In this document: one piece after another, positions 24,395 to 36,454 of the stretch
Layout: each line of letters starts with the position of its first letter
How positions within the stretch are numbered: position 1 is the first letter of the stretch
Source: Phoronis australis
Taxonomy: Eukaryota; Animalia; Phoronida
DNA: 64,000 bases
Reading direction: 5' to 3'
NCBI GenBank assembly: GCA_002633005.1
Contig: NMRA01000402.1
Coordinates: 211,540 to 275,539 of the forward strand
Notes under the pieces: model-generated
What the model saw: only the letters and a program-made list of their open reading frames with translations
What the model was told of the DNA's origin: nothing
Database searches by the model: none
Position numbers and translations under genes: made by a program

Positions 24395-26494
24395 CAGTGG
24401 GTTTGGATTGACATTTTAGCGCGGAACGTTTATTCGTAAAGCTTGTAGTTTATTATTGGAGTAACCATTACAATAAAAATGGCATATGAGGTAGAAAAGA
24501 AATTAATTAACTATGATTTAGTGATATGTGTATATTTATTGTTTTTAACAATGCAGGAGTACGCATGGTGTATATGTTTTCAGACAGGTACATGAATCAT
24601 TATAGTACACCAATGCTGTGGAATAAACAACCCATATTTTAAGTGCTTCTGGGCTAGGAATGAATACAGCTATGTTGGAGCTGATGACTTTGGAATGGTA
24701 TTTTAATTAATAAAATGGTTGTGTATATGCAGAAGCCTGGCATTAGATTACGACCCATGTTTTGATTAGCGACTGTCGATCTCGAACGCCGTTTAACAAA
24801 ACAGGGGCCTCTTGGTAATAAATTCCTCGTTATTTGTAATGAGAAATTTATTGGTTGATATTTGTAATGAGGAATTTATTGCTTGACTGAATTATTATAC
24901 CTGTACATGTAGTCAAAGCGATTTCATTTACATTTGCCAACATGAACACTATGCTGGCAAATGGCAGGGAATGTTGAAATCGAAAAAGTTGCAAGCACGT
25001 CAATTGATTAAGGATTCGTTTTGTGTACCTAGATGCATTTTGAGAGGCCGACTGTCGCCCGTGGACCTGTACACGCATTTGGTGCAGGGATGATGCGGGA
25101 CGCGGGCTCTTTCTGAAAAAGCATAAACAATTGAAACAGGCAATGGCCCAAGGAACAGCTAAAAGACATGACCAATTGCAGAGTTCGACAACCATTGAGT
25201 TTTTGCCTGCACCTTTCTCATTGAACATGTTCCAGATCCATTGGGTAGTCTGGTAGTTTGTGGCGTGAGAGCTAAATTCTGATTAATAATCTTCAGATAA
25301 CTTATACAAGTATGGGCATACCAATAGAGTCTTACCTCGAACGATTTTGATCCTGGTCGTTTATTGTCTACGGTGCTCAACTCAGTATTAACGTCTAAGG
25401 GATACGCTTTGAATAACAAAGAGCCTCTCTACGGGTTGCCCGTCATGGGCTACCGGGGATTTACGAAAGGGCCCCGCGGGGGATCTTTCGGAAACGTCCG
25501 GAGTGATTTTACGTCCACAAATGGTCCCCAGGGAACTCTTTCAGAAGTTGTTCCACAGCACTGGTATTCAGCAGTGAGACTTAACAGTGCTGGTTAAGAA
25601 AGACAGACACCACTTGAGATTGGAAATTCAGCCCCGCAGTGATGGATAGGAGGCGGCAATTGAACTAATTAACGGACATGTGAGCACCGACCAAATAACA
25701 TTGTTGATCGATTCTCAGCGTACGCAATTGGTAACTCATCTGTGTTTGGTCATGTACGAGCAGAAATGAATGTAACCGCTTGGCTAACGGGCTTTTTGGT
25801 CAAAGGTGTAACAGTTACTTTATTATGAAGGGAAACCAAAGAAACCCGGCCATTGACTTGAAATAACTTCAAGGTTTCCCTTTATCTGTAATCTGGCTAC
25901 TATAAGAGAAGTCCAGTAACGCTTCCCTCAACGATTCATTAAGGACCAAAATTGAGCAAGAAGTGACATTTTGCCAGAATTGCTAAAACAATCTCGAAAG
26001 AGCCCTCATGGGGGCTTTACATTATTGGGGGCTCTTTCAGAAATCCTTGTTACTGGAACAAATGACGTCACAGCTGAACTGAAAGCAGACAATCTCTAAT
26101 ATAGGCTCCCGGTGTCGTAAAATAAGTGACATGTTGTGTGATAGCCCAATGAAAAATTACTGAAAGCGTACCCAACAAATCAAGAGTCGCTGTAAAATTC
26201 AAACGTTAGGACCTCGCTAAAAAGCAAGACTTCGCGAGATTACTTGACATATTACCGTGTATTTAAAATGAGAACACGTGACTATGACTAGATTTTAGTT
26301 AGATCTCAGCGTAGGTCCTAGCGTTACTGAACGCACGCCAGGTCTTATATTTTGTGTATAGGTAAGGATAGTGACCGCCTTATGTGAACTCAGTGAACTT
26401 TGGTTCTGAAGAGTTGAACTTTTGAGCTATAAGAGCACATTTTGAATATTTTCGTCTCGGCTAAAGCTGCAAATGCAATTAGGCCTTTTAACAA

Positions 26495-26905
26495 ATTCTA
26501 GTGCTTCAGACTGAATGACCAATGACAGACAAATTGCACTCTAGATTGGGTCCTGCAGAAACCAAAAAGGACCCCCAAAATTAGCTAGCCCATACATTCA
26601 AGGTACCACAAAAAACCAATTCCATGAGATTCAAATACATGTCACTGGTCACTAAGTGCCCTATGACAGATAAAATACACTCTGGGTTGTGGCCGGCAGA
26701 AACCCCTAAAAATATCAACTACGGTATACTATCAAAAATTTGAGCTAGACTACTTTAGATTTTAGAGGTACCGGCCAAAACATATTTAAAACGAACAATA
26801 GTACCGCACTGAACACCGAATGACCCATGACATATAAATTGCACTCTGGAATGGGTCCGGCAGAAACCAAAATATGACCCCAAAAATTACAACTGGCCGC
26901 ACACG
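26495..26905 (-). repeat. Left subterminal tandem array (~150/300-bp units), inverted relative to 30335-31425
   Basis: Repeated ATGACA.A.AAAT(TG/A)CACTCT...GCAGAAACC at about 26520, 26663 and 26826. Confidence 0.8.
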
Positions 26906-27820
26906 AAACCACTATTTAACCGGGTACAGTGATGCTGGACGCAAAGTGCTACTGGAATTCCAAGACCAGTTTTCAACTGATAATAAGGGGTTTTTGAAGC
27001 CCATTAGAAGATGAAAAGTGCACAACTTTGCAAAAAAAAGTATAAACAAGAAGCAGCCTCTTGCCACGGACAAGTCAACAGCTGAGAGCCTTCGAGACGT
27101 TTTCATTCGTTTACTCGTTATCATTTCGGAAATGTCCGTTTTTGACATGAGATATGTGATGACGTTTCCAATTATGTAGTACCCACTGTCTATTGCGAGC
27201 TCTAACGGATACATGACCAAGACAGAAAAAAGCAAGTTGTTAGGCAAACTTGAGGGTTTCCAAGGAGGCTTCTCAGAAGCACTTGTTCCATTGATTGACG
27301 TGACCTTAATAGATGCCCGAGGGACTCATGCTGCATTCGTTTCTGTCTTTCAGTGGAAACATCGTATCTTATAGAAATCTGGCCCGAAACCTTCTAGCCT
27401 ACGTCTGTGCAAGCTCAAGTAAGGAGGTCCATGTCTCATTCGATACATACAAAACGCTCTCGCTGAAGAGCAGCGAACGGCAATTGCGTGGAGCAGAAGA
27501 CCAACTTTTCGTCATCAATGGCCCAGAGCAAACACCCAGACAGACTAGTCAAAAATTGTTGCAGAACGGGACATTTAAGGACAGTTTGGCTACGTTTCTC
27601 CTACAAGAATTGCAAAAAGACCAATATGGATCAATTCTTGGTAAAACAACACTTGTTGTATCACAATGCAGCAAGTGTATTCGCCTTTCCTACAGTGGTA
27701 CCATGACAGCGCACCATCCACCGGATCTTCAAGGCCTCCACAAAGAAGCCGGCACGCTTCTTGCCTTCCACTTAGCCAACTCAAATGACAATACATTAAT
27801 CAGGGCTTCTGACACGTATG

Positions 27821-29166
27821 CAGGGCCGTAGGAAGCGGGGGCGGGAGGCGGGGGGGGGGGGCACGTCCCNGGGGGGGGGGGGGGGGCACGTCCCCAAAAA
27901 ACTTTCAGGCGTCAGGTTTAAACCGTGGCAACCGACATTTGAGAAAAGAAAGACAGTTGAGAAACGAAAGACTGCGAAATACGGATAAGAAAGAAAATTC
28001 AAAGGAACAATTAACAACTCTGTATCAGTGCATGATTTACCTTTTGAGGATACTGGTCAGGACATTGTCGTTAGGGTCTCCGCTTTTGAAACACAGGTCA
28101 TCTTAACACACTTGAAAGCGTGCACGTAATCAATCATACATATATTTTGAAAAATCGAGAACATTTTTAATGCGAAGCTTGTGCGGAGTGTACCAATTCA
28201 CTGGATTTTTAAATTCAATTAGTCAATTTTGCGAATGCAAAACTAGATTTTTCAAGAGGCCCCTCTCTGGCAAGGGATAACAGAGACAACTTTTACTCTA
28301 TTTTTTCAAAATTGCATATCACTTGAAAAAAGTGATGTCCTGACAGATAACTTCAATCGCATTTTTTGATTTCTGAAAATATAGATATTTTCATATTCAA
28401 GGGCCCCACCCTTGAAGGAGGCCATTGATGACATTCAAGTGGCCACCCTTTTTGTGTTTTATTGACAAATTCTTAAGGGGCCACTGACGGAGAGAGGGCC
28501 CAATGTTGCAATCGATTACCTCTATTGTTTTGTTTTTTGTGAAATCGTGCAACCGACTTTCATGTTGAAGGAGCTCACTCCCTGTATCATTTTCCCCAGC
28601 CATCAGAAACTGGGCTACCGGTCGTGTTTCAACGAGGGATTTTGAAACAACCCCAAAGGCACTATATCAGAGACTTCGGCACCTCACCTTTTCGAAAAAA
28701 AACTTCTTAAAAGAATGGCCATAATAAAATAAAGTTTTCCCGAAACTGGAACACAATAAAACGAATCTTGACCTTAGAGCGAGCACAGACTGCCGGTACG
28801 AGCTGCCTGTCGCAAGTGAATCATAGCAGATCTGATCAGCAGCTAGCTTTAGTTCATAGGGAATTGCGTATTTTCACAATGCTAGATCTCCGCTATGGCT
28901 ACTTCAGCCAACTCCTCCCTACCGGTCAGTGTACTGGTCTTAGGCCCATTCTTACTCTCCGTGTTGGTTCACGGTTACTCAACTCTTGACGGATGCATCC
29001 CCGGGATTGTCTCAGGGCGGAACCAGGATTTCGAGTTGGGTGGCGGGAGGGAGGGGGNNNNNNNNNNNNNNNNNNNNNNNNNNNNNNNNNNNGGGGGGGG
29101 TTGATTCGAGAAGTCGAAATGGTTTGTGCCCCCCTCCCCAATAATTTTTGCCTTCCTACGGACCTG
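27821..29166. mobile_element. Nested non-autonomous hAT-like element with 5-bp TSD
   Basis: TIR CAGG(G/T)CCGTAGGAAG; TSD GTATG (27816-27820/29167-29171). Removing it restores the host transposase frame (..ASDTYVNVIVIG..). Contains poly-G tracts and N gaps. Confidence 0.8.
29058..29092. other. Assembly gap (N run) in poly-G tract
   Basis: Run of n; a single n also occurs at 27870 within poly-G. Confidence 0.95.
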
Positions 29167-30334
29167 GTATGTTAATGTAATTGTCATCGGACTGACAGCA
29201 AGACAAGTGAAGAGCGGCAGAGAAATGTCTTTCGAGCGTGTAGTAATGGACTGTGAATCTGGTAATAACCTTGGACGTTTAAACGTTACCGCCATTGTTC
29301 AGGCTTTAGAGTCTATACAACATGGTCTCACTGCAGCATTGCCTGGTCTGCATGCAATGACGGGGTGTGACGTCACAGCAGCAATGTTTAGCAAAGGGAA
29401 AGTGAGAACTCTGGAAATCAGCTTCTTCTCAGAGTTAATAAGCGTAGATGTCCGAGACGAAAGAAAGTTCATATGCATCCTATGTGGAGTGAAGGGAGGA
29501 GTCAAAGATGTCAATGCAGCGAAATATCTGAAATTAATCGAGACGACCGGAAAGTAAACAAGGTCATAACTGCAATTGATAAAACAAAGTTGATAAAAGC
29601 AACGAAAATACTTTCAAATGTTTTCATGGAATTAAACCAAATGGCTTAGTCTCAGTTGATACTTAAAGGACAGTAAGTGGTGTTCAGGCTCTATGTTTTT
29701 GTTCGTCAGCTGTTAGACAATTGGTCCCTAGTCAATTAAATTTTCTCTCTATTTATTTCAGGAAAAGCCGATGTCCAACATCAAGAAGATCGACTTTGCA
29801 TTGCGCCTTCCTTGCCGAAAGACACTATTGAACAAGCTCATTATATTCCATTGCTCTGGGGTCAAGCGGATTCGGCCGACCCGGAAACGGTTTGGAACCT
29901 CTGAATTACATTTTCGTGGTTCCTCGATCTAATGCAAATTTAGGGGACATGTGTTGCCGCTGACGTATGTTTTACTGGTGTCAGTTTCGATAGCTCATTA
30001 CACTACACTAGCTGCGGTTTTAAACATCACTTAATGGGTTGGTTTTAGACAGTTCTTGGCGTCCCAAAGTTTTACTGTCATCAGGTACTTTTCAAAATGC
30101 TTACTTTCCGCAATCATCAATTTGACACTCAGTGTGAGAGCTCAGTAGTCACAAAACTATTACGGAAATACAGGATTTCGCCATGAGCCGAAAAACGTGA
30201 TCGCAACACCTTCCTTAATGAAATCCTTTATTCTACGAAACTGAAAAAAAGCTTTAACCGATATATTCGTTATCTGATATGTCACAGATTTTCAATATTA
30301 TATGTACGTGGCTGAGATTTCTGGGGCTGGCGAG

Positions 30335-31425
30335 CACAACATAGAGTGGGTTTTATCTGTCATGAGGCATTTAGTAACCAGTAACATTTATTTGAATCAC
30401 AAAGAATTGTTTATTGTGGTACCTCGAATGAAGATCTAGTCCTTTTAGGATGTCATTTTGTGTTTCTGGCGAACGCTTTCCAGAGCACAATTTGACTGTC
30501 ATGGGTCATCTGGTGCGGCACGATTATTGGTTTTAAGTCAGTTTTAGCCGATACCTCGGGTATCTAATGTAGATCAAAATTTCGATGGCATACCGTGGTT
30601 GTGATTTTTGAGGATTTCTGCCGGGCACAATCCAGAGCGTATTTTGTCTGCCATAGGGTATTTGGTGACCAGTGGCATGTATTGAATCACATGGAATTGT
30701 TTTTTTGTGGTATCTCGAATGTAGGTGCTAGCTATTTTTCAGGGTGTTTTTTGGTTTCTGCCGGACCCATTTCAGAGTGTAGTTTGTCTGTCATGGGTCA
30801 TTCGGTGTTCAGTGCTGTACTATTGTTCGTTTTAAATCAGTTTTGGTCAGTACCACAAATATCTAGTCTAGCTCAAATTTTTGATGGCATACCGTGGTTG
30901 AGATTTTTTGGGGTTTCTGCAGTGCACAACCCAGAATGTATTTTGTCTGTCATAGGAAATTTAGTGACCAGTGACATGTATTGAATCACTTGGAATTTTT
31001 TGTGGTACCTCGAATGTGTGGGGTAGCTCATTTTCGGGGTCCTTTTTGGTTTCTGCCGGACTCATTCCAGAGTGCAATTTGTCTGTCATGGATCATTTGG
31101 TGTTCAGTGCGGTAATATTGTTCGTTTTAAATCAGTTTTGGCCAGTACCTCGAATATCTAGTCTTGCTCAAAATTTTGATGACATATCGTGGTTGACATT
31201 TCTAGGGGTTTCTGCCGGGCACAACCCAGGGTGTATTTTGTATGTCATAAGACAATTGGCGACCAGTGGCATGTATTGAATCACATGGCATTGTTTTTGT
31301 GGTACCTCAAATGTATATGCTAGCTCATTTTTGGGGGTCCTTTTATGGTTTCTGCCGGACCCATTCCAGAGTGCAATTTGTCTGCTATGGGTCATTCGGT
31401 GTTCAGTGCGGTACTATTGCTCTTT
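30335..31425 (+). repeat. Right subterminal tandem array, ~295-bp unit x about 4, each a dimer of ~150-bp subunits
   Basis: TTGTGGTA(C/T)CTC.AATG recurs at about 30414, 30705, 31000 and 31297. Confidence 0.85.
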
Positions 31426-33182
31426 TTAAATCGGGTTTTCAACGCGGCAGCAAAATAGCTACCAATTTGGTAGATGCCTATCAACTAAAGAATGGAAAGC
31501 GATGGAGAAGATTCAATATGCTTTACATATGGTTTGTAGTGGAGCGTTTATTTTAAGTAAAAGGCAATATCCAAATATTTATTTCTATTTCAACAGATCA
31601 ATTGGAAATAATTTTGAATAGCTGTGATTGAAAAGCTGTGATGACACCCTCTTCCATGTTTCTAGATGGCTGTCAGAGTGACGAGCCGTGTCCTCTTGAT
31701 TCAAGCGACGTGCCATACATGTACATGTATGTCTTCACCGACATCTAATTTGTTGAAACTCAGCGTATTTAGCAATGATGATGACTTCACAATTTTTCAA
31801 GACTTCCGCCGAAATCATGAGAGTCGGACAATTTCAGAACGTAGAGATGTGTCATGGTTTAAGCCTTGCGTAAGCCTCTGAGGTTTTCTGCGCTGACAAA
31901 TCCGTTGAAAATCTTTGCGTTTGCCAATCGAATAGCCTCGTCTTCATCACCGATTTTATATAGCAGCACGTCATGCACGAAGTTTTTTATCTGGTCCTTG
32001 TGAATACCTCTAAGCTTTTAAAATAACGTTCAACACATGCTAACGCCTTAGACCGAAAATCAGTGTGCAGCAGGAGACATTTCTTACCGCTAGTGACATA
32101 ACTTGACAACTTTAACTAACAGTAAATTCACAAACTCGTCAAATTAACATAACCTGAGAATGAAAAGCTGTATCTTCTATCACAGCACACTGCACGTGTA
32201 ACCAGGCACGGTTATCTCATCTTCTTGTTCGTACATGCGCATCTCTTGCAGTCAATCATACACGTGCTAGTTGCTACATGTGCCTGTACAGGTTGTCTGG
32301 TGCTACTATCTTTTCCAGCAGTTCACGGCACACTTGAACAAAAATCGATAAAACTGTTTTTTCCGTTTGCCAGGAAATTTCTTGCTTTGATTAGACTTCC
32401 TTGTCACCGCTGAAATTAGCATCAACCCTTACATGTAAGACCCATCCCAATGTTCGAACGTGAGAGATCCCCCGTCAGTTAATGGATCATCTCCTTAACC
32501 ATCAAAAACAAAAGAATATTGGATGGACCTGCAGACAAAACCCTCATAAGTAAAGCCAACTGACAGAAACGCTATGCCTTTAGTTGATCCGTGTTTTCTT
32601 CAATTGATGATCCATAGGTTGCCCTAAATTGCACCGAAAGGTGTAAACTAAAACGTTACTTGGTTCTCGGGGATATTCAGATGATCAAAGAAAGATGGGG
32701 ACAGGTCACACCTCTTGAACATAAAAATGCTTTACAATCTTTTAATATTCAATTTTGTAGCTGTAAATAAACGCTGTGGACCTATCTGTGTGGATTGACT
32801 TTTTTAATCACATGTATTGTAAACACAAAAGCACAGTGTAATAGAAAAAGGATACGCACATGTCACATCCACGCGCTCGCTTTTCGAGATCTGACATCAT
32901 AATTGGAACCTGTGTGTACTATGAAAACAAAAGAGTGGAAGAGGCCTATCTATTGATACTTTTTTTCAAATTCATAATTGCTGAAATAGAACATTTTCCA
33001 ACTGAAAGCATTTACTTCTTTAAAATCTGTGTGATGTTTTCCCCCCAACAAATGAGCAATTAAAATTGTATCTGAGTTATGTAATTCGCCAAAGAAAACT
33101 TCTGTAGACGAGAGAAAAAAATTGTACTTTACCAAATAACCATTGTCTGCTTGCAGACTAGGCATTTAAATCCCAGAAAAGA

Positions 33183-33807
33183 TGGACCATATTAATTAGA
33201 CAGCCGATCTTTGGTCTGATTGCGGGTGTATGCCTCTATTGGGAGTTATGCATCGTTGGCATGCTATATTAAACAAAGTTCACCTGTTGCATACGTGTAA
33301 CATTACAGCAAACAGAAAACAGAAAGCGGTTTCTTGGAGTATATTTTTCGCCATCTGGGAAATTAACTTTTCTTTCTATTTCCTATTTTTCCCACGCCTA
33401 CGGGAAAGTATTTCTAGGAAAACACTTATCTTATTTTTCTAGGCTAGGCCATCTGGAACCTTAGAATGGCTGAATTATATGTAAAATAGACAAAATTATT
33501 ACAGAATTTCCGATAACATACTCCTTGTAATATAACCCTGCGTTTAATCAAAGATTATAGACAACAGATTCGCAACTCCGACATTTTCTTGCGTATTATC
33601 CCAGAGGAGGAACCACTATCCTAAATTATCTGTTTCAGTTTCCGGTTAGTGTACTGTGACGACACAACGGTCGGCCATGATAAGCAGACGACGTACTTGA
33701 CGGAAATAATAACAGAAAATTTGGCCAGGTGTCGCTAGTGAACAATGACGTCATTGCTTCTGTAAGAGCACAGATTTCGTCCATTGAAAGTATACGGAGT
33801 TGGCGGT
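33183..33807 (+). mobile_element. ~630-bp interspersed repeat, copy 1
   Basis: Colinear with 44548-45189 (GACCATATTAATTAGACAGC ... GAAAGTATACGGA.T.GGCGGT). Confidence 0.8.
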
Positions 33808-35230
33808 TTTATCAATTCCGAAGTGGTGTTATATTTCCCATATTTCTATAGACTTGAAGCAATCTGTTTCCTCATACAGCATAAGGGGTGGTTTTGAAAC
33901 ATCTTCTTGAACACAATCGCGTCCCCACACGTCCCAGTGGACACCTTTACAGCTAACCACATCACAGGTTTCCTAACGTTTTTGAGTTTCTGGTGAATTT
34001 TCCTTACTAAGCAGTAAGAGCCTAAATTATCTGTGTGTTATTGTAGTTCAATCTGGCGGTTGTTGTTTTCATTATTCAATTCTGTAATAATAATGAAGCG
34101 GCTAATAATAATTGCAGCATAGAAAATTCATTCTGGCTCGTACTACGTAGGCCTATTACATTTTGCCACGACGCAACAAGGACTAAATGACGTAACTCAT
34201 CATAATTGAGTTTCGTTAAAAGAGGCACGGGGTGGTGCACATCGTTGGTTCTCATCAGGGCGCACGTCAAATCTCCGTGGGTTGCAGACAAAAACCATAC
34301 ACTTACTTAGTCGTGTTCACCATTTGGAAATCAATGTACGTTTTGTCGTGTAATGGTGCCCAAAATGTAGGATTTCTAAGCAAAGGCCCGCGACCAACAA
34401 ACTTTTGTCAAGATTCGACTCGAAAATTGACCAATCACATCACGAGAAACTGAAAAGTAATACTCGAAGCAAGGCACGCGATTCGACAATTTTCGAGTCG
34501 ACGAATCAATTTTAGAAACAATTTTGTATTGTGGTGTAGTTGTGTTTTCTATACCGCAGACGATTAAAAGTTGTTGTACACTTATTTATCTCATTAGTGA
34601 AATTTTATCACCTTGGTAAACTTTTTTACGCTCATAAGTCTGAAATTGATAGCTAAAATTTATCACCAAATTTTAACATCTCTTTAATTATGCGCAGGGG
34701 TTCTCCTCCAAAAATAAAAAATCTTATCAACCTTTGCGCATATCAAAATGGCGGCGATCAACAAAAAGGTAATTTCTGCAAATTAGAACCAATAAAATGA
34801 CTACAACCACAGAATAGCAAACATTCAATTTCATGTAACTTTGTGTGAAATTGTTAAGATAAACCTTCATTTTTTCTTAAGTCCGTTCCAAGAAAGCGAT
34901 GTTAATTTGACTTAAGTTATGTCTTAAGTTCGATTAATTAACCGAATGTGGAATTTTCAAAGTTTGGAAGTTGAGACAAATCTTTGACTTAAGTCAAAAA
35001 ATGAACTTAAGTCAGTTTCTTGAAACAGTCCCACGTACTCTCCAACACGCGGTTTGGCGTATTAGTACATTTGTGTTCTTTTGTTCTTGTGCGTCTTCGA
35101 ATGTTACTTTTTTCTAATGTGCAGCGTTGCTGAATAACTTTTAATATAGCCATCTAGCCAATCATGTGGGCTGATGTGGGTTTTGAGGCAAAATTGACGA
35201 ATTCTGACAGGACAATTGTATCCTCCAATA

Positions 35231-36086
35231 ATATAGATTATTACAGGGCGAAGTCGTTATCCCCTGTTATTTAGAGCCCGAGTGGATTTTGGAGAATTAT
35301 CGCCCGAGGGGCGTTAACCCCGAGGGTGATAATTCTACAAAATCCACGAGGGGGATAACGACTTAGAACATGTAATAATCTATTTATACCACATACTGAA
35401 CTAGAAACATTGCAATGAATCGAATTACCTTTCTCGACTCGCCTCAGCTTTGTAACTACTTTCTATGACAGAGGCCCGGGGTCGGAGGTCATGACCTTTT
35501 AAGAAAAGCCGAGCTATTTTTGTCAAATAATGCTTTTACTCCAAGCCAATTGAAAAATAAAACAAAATAGAAATAATGTTGATCTATAAATTAAGGTTTA
35601 GCAACTACTATAGCTTACTGCACGTTTTATCACGCTAACCTTCGACCGGGAAAATATCGTCTGCTAAAGTAGGTTACCACTAGTAACTGACTATAATGCT
35701 CAAGTCAAAGGATCCCGACGACACGATACCCGCATTCAAATTGGAGATCGGTGATTTAAAAGTGAGAGAACACGAGAGAAAAATTTCACTGAATTAAAAT
35801 ATCGTTTTTATGAAAATTTTGCGTCTTATTTTTCATAGCGTATAAATGTCGGTGCAATGCCCTTTGCTTAACATGCGATTGTTGCGCGTGCTCATTTAAG
35901 TATTCTATTTTCCCGTTCGATGACGCTGAGTGGTGTAGTGGTAAAGCCGGCGACTCGAAATTCTTGAGGCCGGGGTTCGAATCCGGCCTCGGTTTCCCGC
36001 CAAACTGTTATCTCACTAGTGAGATAACTTTATGGGTTATTCACGGTTGTATCTGCCATTCGAGGCTAATGTTGTAGTATAAATAG
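35231..36086 (+). mobile_element. Same hairpin/tRNA-cassette element (copy 2), just upstream of collagen paralogue 1
   Basis: ~150-bp hairpin 35233-35383; sub-TIR CTATTTATACCACA / TGTAGTATAAATAG; tRNA-like segment 35925-35994. Confidence 0.8.
35925..35994 (+). pseudogene. tRNA-derived sequence (Pol III A/B boxes) inside a mobile element
   Basis: A box TGGTGTAGTGG and B box GGTTCGAATCC; the anticodon arm does not pair well and differs between the two copies, so it is not called a functional tRNA. Confidence 0.6.
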
Positions 36087-36403
36087 CCGTATGGTGACAA
36101 TCAGTCGATTGGCAACTTACTAAACCCCCTCGATGAAACAATTGCAGTAATCTCCAGAAGGGTAGACAAACTGTTGCTTTTTTTCAAAATGACGCAGGTT
36201 GCATTAAAGCGATGATCTGCGGGCTCCTAAAAACCATCACCGCGAATCTAAACGTATTTAGTGTGGAGATAGTGGCGTTTTTGTTTGTCTTCCCGCTGCA
36301 ATAATTATAGGTGTCACCATTTACGTGTTTGTAGTAACAACAAGGCAATTTCTAAGGAAAACTCATCACTGTCCATGGTAGGCGTATATCATCCGCGCAT
36401 AGT

Positions 36404-36411
36404 TATAAAAA
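36404..36411 (+). promoter_or_regulatory. TATA box, collagen paralogue 1
   Basis: TATAAAAA 51 nt before the ATG; the same motif and spacing occur in paralogue 2. Confidence 0.65.
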
Positions 36412-36454
36412 GGTCTCAGCCCAAGCTCGAATCCGAAAACTGATACATTTCAGA

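Larger units (their letters stand above)
26359..31430 (+). mobile_element. Decayed AcademX-type transposon (XPG/PIN-like nuclease relic) with inverted satellite-like arms; termini uncertain
   Basis: Relic motifs YPLSIASSNGYMTKTEKSKLL, VSFDTY..SLKSSERQLRG, HKEAGTLLAFH, IRASDT|YV, ALPGLHAMTGCDVTAAMFSKGK, LPCRKTL..AHYIPLLW; probable intron 29563-29761; frameshifts and stops present. Confidence 0.65.

Noticed and set aside
25159-25597. Coding upstream exon or signal peptide for the TM protein
   Set aside because: The frame joining at donor 25336 has a stop at 25429-25431 and no ATG or hydrophobic stretch; more likely 5'UTR.
30335-31425. CRISPR-like array or repeated membrane-protein ORFs (30595-31556)
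   Set aside because: Units are ~295-bp diverged tandem repeats without unique spacers; eukaryotic context, no cas genes; ORFs are incidental.
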